The position numbers and the translations under genes were made by a program. This document shows, one piece after another, positions 1-8,951 of a stretch of 64,000 nt of DNA; the stretch's first letter is position 1, and each line of letters starts with the position of its first letter. This stretch comes from Candidatus Latescibacterota bacterium (lineage in GTDB: Bacteria > Latescibacterota > UBA2968 > GCA-2709665), in the NCBI GenBank assembly GCA_965237675.1, contig OZ250150.1, positions 4,256,001 through 4,320,000 on the forward strand. The letters run 5' to 3'. The notes below the pieces were generated by a model, which made no database searches, was not told the origin of the DNA, and saw nothing but the letters and a program-made list of their open reading frames with translations.

Positions 1-101
1 GAAACCACACGACCCTCGCCGAACAGTTCCGAGAAAGCAGTCGCAATCGTCCGGCCGGCGTCCGAAATCATCAAACGCGCGAACAAACCGACGCGTGCCA
101 T
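1..101 (-). CDS. N-terminus of a hypothetical protein running off the window edge (MARVGLFARLMISDAG...)
   Basis: Minus-strand ATG at 101 preceded by an AAGGGAG SD; frame open to the window edge; follows the lipoprotein gene on the same strand. Confidence 0.45.
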   Translation of the reverse strand, partial: MARVGLFARLMISDAGRTIATAFSELFGEGRVV

Positions 102-166
102 TGCGGCGATCTCCCTTCAAATGCCTTTACCAGATCCCAGACCCCAGCCCGGAGTCCGAATGGACA

Positions 167-592
167 CTATTGACCGGCCTTGGTAAAGATCATCGAAATC
201 GTCTGTGCCTGCCCGCCTGCCTGCACCGAAATTGATATGGATATCGTCGTACCGCCGTCCAAAACCTGACCGGACTGTGCGCCGCCTCCGCTGTCCGCCG
301 TGAGGCTGAGATTCGTACCGGATTTTTCGTACATCCCGGTCTGCGAGACCCGTATGACATCGGTTGACCCGGTGGTAACGAAGACGGCTGTAACCGAATA
401 TCGGTTTTCCGTTAACGTCATGATCCCCGAGGCGTCGGGAGGTGATATCGCCGAGCCCCCCGAAGGGGTCAACCTTAAGAGATCGTAGGAACCAGCCAGT
501 GTCTCGGAAGCCGCGGGGTTATTGTCGTCGTCATCGCCGCCACAGGCTGCGCAGACACAAATTGCCAGCAGACCCAGCAGAATGGGTTTCAT
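167..592 (-). CDS. Putative lipoprotein, possibly a lipocalin-like beta-barrel
   Basis: Signal peptide and lipobox MKPILLGLLAICVCAA-C followed by GGDDDD; LAGSYDL motif; GAGGAG SD upstream of ATG 592. Confidence 0.7.
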   Translation of the reverse strand: MKPILLGLLAICVCAACGGDDDDNNPAASETLAGSYDLLRLTPSGGSAISPPDASGIMTLTENRYSVTAVFVTTGSTDVIRVSQTGMYEKSGTNLSLTADSGGGAQSGQVLDGGTTISISISVQAGGQAQTISMIFTKAGQ

Positions 593-814
593 TGATTCAA
601 TCTCCTCTTGGTAATCCGACGGGAAGCCCACGCGTATCGGCGTGCAGACGGACCGCTCCAGTGTTCGATTTCAATATAAATCCCGCGTGAAACCCGGGCA
701 AGTGTTCTTTTGTAGGGCGGGAGGATATCCCTTTCACATTCTCTCGGGACGGCAGGGCCGGACTGGATGGCCTGATTCTCATTCCGGAAGCTTGTTTTTC
801 TACTTGTTTTTCTA

Positions 815-843
815 TTGACATTGAAAAATTTCTGAGTTATCGT
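815..843 (+). promoter_or_regulatory. sigma70-type promoter for ihfB
   Basis: TTGACA (815-820), 17 bp spacer, TATCGT (838-843), 46 nt upstream of ATG 890. Confidence 0.6.
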
Positions 844-889
844 TCACTGGTCGCAAATTCCCAATAACGGCCTCAATCGCGGGTAGGGT

Positions 890-1201
890 ATGGCAACGAT
901 CACGAAGGCTTCTCTGGCACGGTACCTTTCGGACAACATCGGCCATCCCAAAACCAAAGCATTAGAAGCCGTCGACGTCCTGTTTGAAGCCATGACGTCT
1001 TCCATCTGCAAAGGCAAACGCATTGAGATACGTGGGTTTGGCTCCTGGGAGGTCAAGGAGACAAAGGAAAAGAACCAGGCGCGTAATCCCAGCACCGGCG
1101 AAACGGTATACGTGCCCGCCCGCCGCAAAGTCATGTTCAAACCCGGAAAGATTCTGAAAAAGGTGCTGTCCCAGTCCCTGGAATCCGGAACCTCGCAATA
1201 G
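890..1201 (+). CDS. ihfB: HU/IHF family DNA-binding protein (IHF beta-like)
   Basis: GKRIEIRGFGSW, ARNPSTGETVYVPARRKVMFKPGK motifs. Confidence 0.9.
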   Translation: MATITKASLARYLSDNIGHPKTKALEAVDVLFEAMTSSICKGKRIEIRGFGSWEVKETKEKNQARNPSTGETVYVPARRKVMFKPGKILKKVLSQSLESGTSQ

Positions 1202-1230
1202 AACTTCATCCCGGAACGCCTGAACACCGC

Positions 1231-2046
1231 ATGCGATGGCGTTACAAGCTGAAGCAATTTCAGGCCGACGGCCCGGACAGGCTCCTGGTTGTCAGCGACT
1301 GGGACCGGACGCTGACGCGATCCACCGCGGAGGATGGCAGCGATCAGTCCACCTGTTCGGTGATCGCAAACAGTGGGCATCTCGGGCCGGCGTTCAACCG
1401 GCGTTACCGGGAACTGTTTGACCGCTATCGAAAAATCGAACGCGCGATCGATTTGCCCGAACGCGTTAAGTCGCCACACCTTCTTCGATGGTGGTCACGA
1501 CAGTTCGATCTGCTGCTCGATTACAGATTCAGCACACAGACGATCCATCGAATTGTCAGCGAAAATCGGCCGCACCTTCGAGACGGTGCGCGCCTTTTTT
1601 TTGAAACCCTCCACGATCGCCGCATACCCCTGATTATTCTCTCCGCGGGCATCAGGGAAATCATCGAGGCCCGACTCGCCGCAGATGGCTTACCCACCGC
1701 CAATGCCGTCATCATCGCCAACACGCTGGTCTTTGACCCGAACGGTATTGCGGTGGCGTACAAGACGCCGCTTATCCACAGCCTGAACAAACACACCCTG
1801 AACGAGGCCATCGTCCCCGAGTTCGCCGGGCGCCACAACCTGCTGCTCCTGGGCGACACGCTTGAAGATGTAAAGATGGCTAAAGGCATCGGCCACTCCC
1901 GCCTGCTCAGCTTTGCCTTCCCCGCCGACTGCGACCACGTCGAACAATACCGGTCTGTATACGATGTCGTGCTGGCTCCTGGCGCCTCCCTGGAGCCGGT
2001 GACCGCGGTCTTGAGGGATACCTGCGCGGCTTCCCGCGGAGATTGA
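1231..2046 (+). CDS. HAD-family pyrimidine 5'-nucleotidase (NT5C3/UMPH-1-like)
   Basis: VVSDWDRTLTR (DxD), LRDGARLFFETL, IILSAGI, PLIHSLNKH, LLLGDTLEDVKMA parallel the eukaryotic cN-III motifs. Confidence 0.85.
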   Translation: MRWRYKLKQFQADGPDRLLVVSDWDRTLTRSTAEDGSDQSTCSVIANSGHLGPAFNRRYRELFDRYRKIERAIDLPERVKSPHLLRWWSRQFDLLLDYRFSTQTIHRIVSENRPHLRDGARLFFETLHDRRIPLIILSAGIREIIEARLAADGLPTANAVIIANTLVFDPNGIAVAYKTPLIHSLNKHTLNEAIVPEFAGRHNLLLLGDTLEDVKMAKGIGHSRLLSFAFPADCDHVEQYRSVYDVVLAPGASLEPVTAVLRDTCAASRGD

Positions 2047-2235
2047 CCCGGAGCGTAAAGGAATCACCATCGTCAGCCGGTCCGCCGGAGAAGGGCGGAC
2101 GCGCGTGCCTTCGGTTTGTGTGCATCCGCCGGTGTGTAGACATGCGGACCGTTCGGTACAGTTATTGTTGATGCGTCTACAGAATCCGGACAGGTCATGG
2201 CGCGTGACCCGTCTGCGAGAGAAAGGAGGCGAATC

Positions 2236-2274
2236 ATGAAGGTGATTACCACGTGGAGGGCGACCGCCCGATAA
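2236..2274 (+). CDS. Candidate 12-aa micro-ORF MKVITTWRATAR
   Basis: Strong SD AAAGGAGG (2222-2229) before ATG 2236; stop TAA 2272-2274; terminator follows. Confidence 0.4.
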   Translation: MKVITTWRATAR

Positions 2275-2302
2275 AGGCCGTCGACATCCCTTCAGAAAGT
2301 CG

Positions 2303-2342
2303 AACCGGGCGCCCCCTCGCGGAAGCGCCCGGTTTTGTGTTG
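2303..2342 (+). terminator. Intrinsic terminator hairpin
   Basis: AACCGGGCGC (2303-2312) pairs with GCGCCCGGTT (2325-2334), followed by a T-rich tract. Confidence 0.7.
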
Positions 2343-2383
2343 TCGTTCTCGACGCGTTTAGTACCCGTTTTCCCGACCGCCGC

Positions 2384-3751
2384 CTACTCGATTCTCATCG
2401 GCATCAGTATCGCTTTCCGGTCGGGATGATCCCCTGAAACAAATAGGAGAGCCTTCATCGGGTCTGTAAAGAAAATATCCAATATTCCCTCGGTTTCAAG
2501 TCCGGATACAACATCACCCAGGAAGGCGTGATTTACACTGGACCTGAACGGTTCCGGACTGTCTTCCAGGCTGACATGGCCTTCGAGGGTGGTCGTGAAC
2601 CGCCAGTACGGAACATCGGCCCAGGGGGCATCATCGGTAGAGACCGGTTTATCAGCTTTCTTTTTGGAGACACTATAACCCAGGTCCCTCGACGTGATCA
2701 ATGAGAGCGTCTGGTGCGCCTTGGAAATCCGGATCTCTACTTGTGGCAAATAGGACCACGTCTCAGAGTCCGGATGCCTGGGTTCCAGATGCTCTGCGAT
2801 CAGGTTCACTGCCTTTAGCAGTTCATCCGACGATACCCGAACGAGACTGTCTCCCATTTCCGTTATGACTGCCTCATAGTTTACGTAGGGTTCATCGATA
2901 ATCGGTATTACGAGTTCGTCTTCTCCCTCGGCATTAAGAAAAGCCTGCTCCTCTCGGATCGATAGCGTCGCCCGCTTGGGATATGGCGTCGGCATCTCGA
3001 GCCCGGGCCCCAGGATCACCTGGGTCTCCAGGTCCTGCGCGCCCTCCAGTGTACGCAGAAGCAACCTCGCTCCGTCTGTCGCCACAACGCGCCCGTCCGT
3101 GTCCAGGCAGACCCCCTGAAGCCGTCCACGGGATTCGTCCCGGCTCACAAACCGGGTCGCCCAATAGAGTGCTTGAAGATCCTGCGCCGTAAGATCGTAG
3201 GTCTGTCCACCGTTTTTCATCTCGCTCATCTCCTTTCGGATCCGCTGCCTCGCCTTCTGCAGGCGGCTGCGGACCGTGTTCATTTCCAGGCCCAACTGGC
3301 TGGCCGTTTCCTCGTAGGAATGGCCCTTGAAGTAATGATGTTCGATCACGTCCCGATGCGCATCTGATAGCTGGCGAATCGCCTGCCTGACCGTCATGCG
3401 TGCCTCTCGCTCCGCCTCCGATTCGTCGACGGCGTGTTCGCCCCACTCCGCCGTCAACAGCCGCTCGAAACGGATTTGCACCATTCGCCGCTGGCGCCAC
3501 CTGAAGGCCGCATTGTCCGCAATTTTCAGCAGCCATCCGGAAAACCGACGACCGTCGCGCAGTTGTCCGAGGCGGCGGTACGCCTGCAGGAAGATCTCCT
3601 GAACCAGATCCTCCGCCTCTTCAGGCTGTTTGACCACGCGGCGGATCCTCCCGAAAATCCGTCCGCCGTAGCGCTCCACCAGGCGGCCAAACGCCCATGT
3701 CTCTCCGGATACCGCGAGCCGGACCAGGTCTCGATCTTCAAGTGTCTTCAA
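2384..3751 (-). CDS. ECF sigma-70 factor fused to a C-terminal DNA polymerase III beta-clamp-like region (DnaN domains II-III)
   Basis: Sigma region 2 EAEDLVQEIFLQAY/FSGWLLKIADN and region 4 SYEETASQLGLEMNTVRSRLQKAR; then DnaN-like SRDESRGRLQGV, VVATDGARL, IIDEPYVNYEAVI, VNHAFLGDVV and terminal ILMPMRI; TTG start with GGGAGG SD. Confidence 0.85.
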   Translation of the reverse strand: MKTLEDRDLVRLAVSGETWAFGRLVERYGGRIFGRIRRVVKQPEEAEDLVQEIFLQAYRRLGQLRDGRRFSGWLLKIADNAAFRWRQRRMVQIRFERLLTAEWGEHAVDESEAEREARMTVRQAIRQLSDAHRDVIEHHYFKGHSYEETASQLGLEMNTVRSRLQKARQRIRKEMSEMKNGGQTYDLTAQDLQALYWATRFVSRDESRGRLQGVCLDTDGRVVATDGARLLLRTLEGAQDLETQVILGPGLEMPTPYPKRATLSIREEQAFLNAEGEDELVIPIIDEPYVNYEAVITEMGDSLVRVSSDELLKAVNLIAEHLEPRHPDSETWSYLPQVEIRISKAHQTLSLITSRDLGYSVSKKKADKPVSTDDAPWADVPYWRFTTTLEGHVSLEDSPEPFRSSVNHAFLGDVVSGLETEGILDIFFTDPMKALLFVSGDHPDRKAILMPMRIE

Positions 3752-4040
3752 GACATGCCTCCCTGCAGGGGCGAAACATGAGGAAATGCGCCTACCTTGT
3801 TAAAACAGACGGGGTTCCGATGCAATTTCGATATAGCAGTTACAAACAAGAATACTGTATCCTCAACCAAAGGAGACCGTGACCAAAAAAGTATCGTCGC
3901 GCTCCCGTGACATCACGTCCTAAAGGGATGCCGGTTAGTTTTACACACGGCAATATGGTTAGAGAAGAGCTGAAGGAGTTTGAAGTCAGGATCGCATTGA
4001 TTTAGGCGCTGGCCACCGCGACGAAGGTCCGAAGGCCGTT

Positions 4041-4056
4041 GTCAAGAACCAAATCG
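4041..4056 (+). repeat. 16-bp direct repeat, copy 1 (GTCAAGAACCAAATCG)
   Basis: Identical to 6138-6153; the two copies bracket the lower-GC ABC exporter gene. Confidence 0.8.
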
Positions 4057-4077
4057 GCCGAGAGAGTTGCAATTGTC

Positions 4078-6012
4078 CTAAGAGTCTGGATAAAGTGGTG
4101 GTCTATCGCTTGAAAATCTTTCTGCTTGCATTGAATAAAACCGGGCGTAGATCCCCTTGGCAGTCAAAAGGCTTGAATGTGTCCCGTCTTCCACCACTTC
4201 ACCCCTGTTAATCACAATGATTCTCGTTGCCGCACGAACAGTGGAACATCGATGTGAGATCAAAAAGGTGGTTCTAAGTGCAGAAATGTCGGTGATGCGC
4301 CTGTATAGGTCATACTCAGCTTCAGCATCAAGAGACGATGTAGGTTCGTCAAGGACAAGGATTTTAGCGTTTTTCTTGAAAAGACATCGCGCCAGAGCAA
4401 CATGCTGCCATTCGCCGATCGAAAGATCGAGGCCGCCAAACGTCCTTCCAAGCATAGTATCAAGTCCTTGAGGTAGCTTGGCAAGAATGGCTTGAAGACC
4501 TGAGTTATTGCAGACATGCATAATATCTTCGTTGGACACATCATCCCTAGCGTCACCGATTGTTATATTATCCCGAAGAGTCAAATCATATGTTCCGAAA
4601 TCCTGAAATACCACCGAGACGTTTTTGCGAAGGGTCTCTATGCTGGTTGAGTCAATTTCATTTCCACAAAACCAAATCCTACCTTCGGATGGAGCCAGCA
4701 GCCCGCTAATCAGCTTGACAAACGTGGTCTTTCCAGCGCCGTTGTGGCCTACTAAGGCAACAATCTCACCCTCGTTGACGTCCAACGTCACCTTGCGTAG
4801 TGCATCCACGGAAGCGCCTGGATATCGAAACGAAACGTCTTCCAACCGAATGATGGGACTCCTGCTTGAATGCAACGAAGACCTGATATGGCGGGTATCC
4901 TTTTCCCGCAAATAGCTGCGGGAGGTAGAAAGGGCCTCATTTCGTATGTCGATTAATTTGAAATAGTCCATGACTATCAAAGAGGCACGGAAAACCTGGA
5001 TTACGTTGTGCGCAACCGAACTCGTTGCAAATCGAAGCTGAAGCGTAACACCAAGTCCCATGGCAAGTTCGCCCAAAGTAATCATACCTCCTGCTGCACG
5101 AAGGAGGAGATATAAGTAAATCGCTCCTGCAGCCAAAACTCCAGGAATGTCCGCCAACAAAGAAATCCCATGACGAGAAATAAAGAGACGTCGTCTCTCT
5201 TCATAACATTTTTCCCAGAGTGTGCTGTATTTGCTTAACCAGAACTCGGAGAGGTCAAACAGACGCACTTCCTTTGCCGCCTGCCGCCCAGAAAGTAACT
5301 CTGTGAAATAATTGAGCTGGCGCCTATCGGCGCTTTGATAATGAAACAGATGATGGCTCTGAGCTACGTACCGACCCCTTGATATCGCATGGGGCAGCAT
5401 CGTCATCACGATAAGAGGAGCGACCCACCAGCCTATAAAGGCCATTAGTGCAATTGTGGAGGTCAATCTAGTTACGGATGTCACCATCTGAAAGAAGAGT
5501 ATGGACGAATACTCCGGCCATTCCTGCGCTTTGCGTGCGGCTTCGATTCTATCGTAGAATCTCGAGTCCTCATAGAACACGTAGGGCACGCGGCTTGTCG
5601 TTTCTGCAACGTGCCGCCTAGTGATATGGGATCCACGTTCACCAAGAACTGAAACAAAGGGCCGGGCGAAAATATCGGCTATTGACGCCACAAGCCAAAT
5701 GAGTATCTGTATGCCAACGAGGATAGCTAGATAGCTGAGATCTACTAAATCCGCTGCTTGCTTAGCACGCCATTGTAACGTTGCTGCGTCAATTAGGAGC
5801 TTGGTCAGCCAGATGGAAATGACTGGCGCCAAGCCGTCATAGACGGACAGGGAAATTGAAAGCAACAAGTATGAAATGCCCGCTTCTCGAAAAACGCCGA
5901 TGATACGGGGAACGAGAAGCCACATCTGCCAAAGTTGCCCGCGGATCCTGTTCAGATTTGCAACGGATGATGATAGAATGTGTCTAATCAGCCGCACCCT
6001 CCCTAGATTCAC
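4078..6012 (-). CDS. Fused permease/ATP-binding ABC exporter (NisT/SpaT-like peptide exporter subfamily); start uncertain
   Basis: N-terminal TM helices, QAAKEVRLFDL, Walker A GHNGAGKTT, signature LSIGEWQHVALAR, ILVLDEPTSSLD; visibly lower GC than the flanks. Confidence 0.9.
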   Translation of the reverse strand: MNLGRVRLIRHILSSSVANLNRIRGQLWQMWLLVPRIIGVFREAGISYLLLSISLSVYDGLAPVISIWLTKLLIDAATLQWRAKQAADLVDLSYLAILVGIQILIWLVASIADIFARPFVSVLGERGSHITRRHVAETTSRVPYVFYEDSRFYDRIEAARKAQEWPEYSSILFFQMVTSVTRLTSTIALMAFIGWWVAPLIVMTMLPHAISRGRYVAQSHHLFHYQSADRRQLNYFTELLSGRQAAKEVRLFDLSEFWLSKYSTLWEKCYEERRRLFISRHGISLLADIPGVLAAGAIYLYLLLRAAGGMITLGELAMGLGVTLQLRFATSSVAHNVIQVFRASLIVMDYFKLIDIRNEALSTSRSYLREKDTRHIRSSLHSSRSPIIRLEDVSFRYPGASVDALRKVTLDVNEGEIVALVGHNGAGKTTFVKLISGLLAPSEGRIWFCGNEIDSTSIETLRKNVSVVFQDFGTYDLTLRDNITIGDARDDVSNEDIMHVCNNSGLQAILAKLPQGLDTMLGRTFGGLDLSIGEWQHVALARCLFKKNAKILVLDEPTSSLDAEAEYDLYRRITDISALRTTFLISHRCSTVRAATRIIVINRGEVVEDGTHSSLLTAKGIYARFYSMQAERFSSDRPPLYPDS

Positions 6013-6137
6013 GCGCTGTGCGTTAAGTTATGTAGTTCTTCCTGGTGGGTCTAAAAAGTCCTGACAATACACGTGTCCTTACCCCCGATCACCAGCTTAG
6101 CCCTCTCCATAGTTTCCGATTCTAATCCGCTGGACTG

Positions 6138-6153
6138 GTCAAGAACCAAATCG
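6138..6153 (+). repeat. 16-bp direct repeat, copy 2 (part of the hairpin GTCAAGAAC-CAAATC-GTCCTTGAC)
   Basis: Identical to 4041-4056. Confidence 0.8.
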
Positions 6154-6180
6154 TCCTTGACATGCATACTCTAAGTAGAT

Positions 6181-6643
6181 TTAGGCGCCGTTTTCAATTG
6201 CTGAGTCCAGCGCTGTTAGGTGATGATTCCTGATCACCTCGACAGTTACATCCGCGCTTGTATCCACCAAATCGACAAGGTCACGTTTGTCGCATACATG
6301 TAGATCCAAAACATCCGCAATAGTATCCCTCAACACGAAAAATGCCCAAGCGACTGTTCGGTGGCGCATTCTCACTACGAGCCTTTTGGTATCCTGCGCA
6401 ACAACACTACGCTGGGAGCAACACAGGCATTCTGGCCTTCGCTTCATCCCGCCTTAGACTCGCGCCAGGGATTTTTTCGTATCTCAAAAAAAGATGCCAC
6501 GTGTTGCAGCTCCGTGGCCCTATAAAAAAAGCCACCCCGATAAGGGCGGCTATGATTCCGCGTTCCAATCCGGTACAAGCTATTTCATCAGGAATCAAGA
6601 AAGAGCGTTTGAAATCTGATACCTGGGTAGCAACAAAAGACAA
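6181..6643 (-). pseudogene. Possible decayed gene remnant in the lower-GC insert
   Basis: Two short overlapping minus-strand ORFs (6181-6447, 6407-6643) in different frames; no recognisable family. Confidence 0.25.
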
Positions 6644-6689
6644 AGGTCTGCATGAAGAACCTCGCTGCGTGCGACGATAGAAGCTAAAG

Positions 6690-8768
6690 TCAGCAGGCGA
6701 CTGTGAGGCTGCTGATCGGGCCCTTCACGTCCGCGCTATTGACAGAACGCACCCGCATCGTGTTCAGCCCGTTGTGCAAATGCCAATCGAACGCATCCGG
6801 GCACGATTTCCACTCTCCTTGATCAACCCTTGACAGATAACCAGCGAAACAGGGTGTGTGCGTCTGCAGATTAACCTTCAGCACGACTGGATCCTGCGTC
6901 ACCTCAGCCGTATACCGGGTCCGGTTCATCGTGGGATAAAAATCCGAGCGACGGTTCGTGTGATTCGTAAAGTGGGACAGTGGCGGCACCTTGTTGTCTG
7001 CCCAGTTGAGATACCCGTCCCAGGCCCACACCTCCGTACCCTGACTCACCGGCAGCGGACGCGGCTGGCTGAACATGTTGTTCCGGGGGATCATACGGAA
7101 ATGACAAAACGACCGGAACAGAAAATGCGCCCCTTCCGTCGTGGAAAACTCGTGACTCCCCTCCCGTATTGCAATCGGCAGGTCACGAGCGAGGGATTCC
7201 AGGTCCTGCCGGAACAGGTATGGACGGTCCCAGCGTTCGACTTCCTGAAGCCTGTCCGCCAGAACCCGGTGCACCTCGAGCGTATCCAGCGGCAAACGCG
7301 TCTTTGGATCGTACCAATAGTAATCCCGCGTCGCGTCCAGATGAACCCACTTGCAATAATCGTTCGACCAGACCTCGGCGATCTCGTGCCCCGTCATGCC
7401 TTCGCTGTGAAAGTTCACGTGCCGCGCCGGAAAACCGAAACTCAGGCAGGCGGCCACCAGGGCTACGTTGGGATACAGACACATCTTGTCGCGCCGTCGC
7501 TCGCGATACCGGTTCATCACAATCGCACCGCAGGCGTCCCGCTCGAGCAACAGCCATTCCAGGACGTCCCAGGGATAGTGCCGGCACGGACCCAGCGGAA
7601 CGGAATACGCCCACGCCATCAGGCGCTCGATGGCTTCAAATTCCGTCTGCGCCCCGGCAACCACGGCATCCAGTTCGAACCGCTCACGCAGTTCCCGCAA
7701 CGTGCCGTGCCTGTAGTCCTCGTCCGCAATCCAGTACGAAGACCGGCGGATGGTCGGGTTCTCCGCCGCGACGACCCGGGGCAGCGGCTCCCGGTCCGGG
7801 CGCACCTCGGCAAGGACCCGCATCGCCTTCAGTACGGGTGTGTATGCCGGATCCGCCGTCTCAAACTGCATGCGCCATTGCAGGTAACGTCCGGCAACGA
7901 CCACCACCGGTGATCCGCATTCACAAGATTGCCAATCGCTCCAGCCCGCCGCATGCAGCAGCGGATCCGTTCCGGTGCGCACGTCACAGTGGACGGCGGT
8001 ACCGGCGGGGACCTCGACGTCCCAATCCAAACGCAGTCCACGAACGGAATGGCGCCGCTTCACACCCTCCCCTTCCCCGGCGGCATCGATCACCGTTGAC
8101 ACTACAAGTCCGTTCCCGCGGTACCCATCCGCGATCAGCCGGAGCACATATTCGCCGCGTTCGGACTCCCACTCACAATCTCGGCGAATAAAACTCGACG
8201 CCGGCAGCACAACCGGATCCGGCATCCCCTTTTCGTAATCCCGATAATCCGCCACCATCAGGCTCCATCCCACCCGCCCCTCGACGACATCCACAACCAC
8301 GCGGTTTTCGCCCTGTCGAAGGCAGCCGACAGGGAGTTCCACGTAATACCATCGACTCCAACTCCACGCGCCGTCATCGGACGCCAGCTCCCAGTATTGC
8401 CTGGCATCGGGCGTGGCCAGCGGCGATGGCGGCCGGAGCGCCTCCTGTCCATTGACGTTGAATCGCAATGTGGCCGAATGACCCCTCCGCTCCCGCGCGA
8501 TAAAGGCCAACCGCGTCGTTTCGGAAGGAATTCGGTGCAGCGTCAGCACTTTTTTCAGCGCCAACGGGCCGGAAACCTCCACAAACGGATCCTCGTCCCG
8601 GTCGTCCGACCGTCCGACGCCGGGGCTGTCGTTCTCCACCACCGAACCCCTGAATAGACGGATACCTTCATCCTCTTCGCCCATCCAGAGATTCGTAACG
8701 TCCCCCGTCCGGTAGATCTCCTCGGCGGGACAAAGGTTGTGAACCTGCCTGAATGCCTCCACAGCCAT
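6690..8768 (-). CDS. Transglutaminase-like domain protein with N-terminal beta-sandwich regions
   Basis: Cys-His-Asp triad motifs DKMCLYPNVALVAAC, GHEIAEVWSNDYCKWVHLDAT. Confidence 0.8.
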   Translation of the reverse strand: MAVEAFRQVHNLCPAEEIYRTGDVTNLWMGEEDEGIRLFRGSVVENDSPGVGRSDDRDEDPFVEVSGPLALKKVLTLHRIPSETTRLAFIARERRGHSATLRFNVNGQEALRPPSPLATPDARQYWELASDDGAWSWSRWYYVELPVGCLRQGENRVVVDVVEGRVGWSLMVADYRDYEKGMPDPVVLPASSFIRRDCEWESERGEYVLRLIADGYRGNGLVVSTVIDAAGEGEGVKRRHSVRGLRLDWDVEVPAGTAVHCDVRTGTDPLLHAAGWSDWQSCECGSPVVVVAGRYLQWRMQFETADPAYTPVLKAMRVLAEVRPDREPLPRVVAAENPTIRRSSYWIADEDYRHGTLRELRERFELDAVVAGAQTEFEAIERLMAWAYSVPLGPCRHYPWDVLEWLLLERDACGAIVMNRYRERRRDKMCLYPNVALVAACLSFGFPARHVNFHSEGMTGHEIAEVWSNDYCKWVHLDATRDYYWYDPKTRLPLDTLEVHRVLADRLQEVERWDRPYLFRQDLESLARDLPIAIREGSHEFSTTEGAHFLFRSFCHFRMIPRNNMFSQPRPLPVSQGTEVWAWDGYLNWADNKVPPLSHFTNHTNRRSDFYPTMNRTRYTAEVTQDPVVLKVNLQTHTPCFAGYLSRVDQGEWKSCPDAFDWHLHNGLNTMRVRSVNSADVKGPISSLTVAC

Positions 8769-8951
8769 TTTCCGATCTCTGTCGATTCATATCCGTGCCG
8801 CGACGTTCAGCCCTGGACGACATCGGTACAGGACAGTGACCCAAAACCGCGATCCGCTGGCACCAGGGATTCACAGCCGCCGACCGGGCTTATTCGCGGG
8901 ATATTCCCGGCGACAGCCGTCGCCCCGTTTGCGTCGAAGATGAATGACCGC

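Noticed and set aside
2145-2182. ECF-type promoter (GGTAC...GTCTA) upstream of the micro-ORF
   Set aside because: The spacing is shorter than in typical ECF promoters and no matching motif was found upstream of the sigma gene
6120-6221. Integron attC-like imperfect inverted repeat (CTAATCCGCTGGACT ... AGTCCAGCGCTGTTAGGT)
   Set aside because: Only one core site fits the consensus on either strand, there is no second attC or integrase, and no gene stop falls in the R'' box
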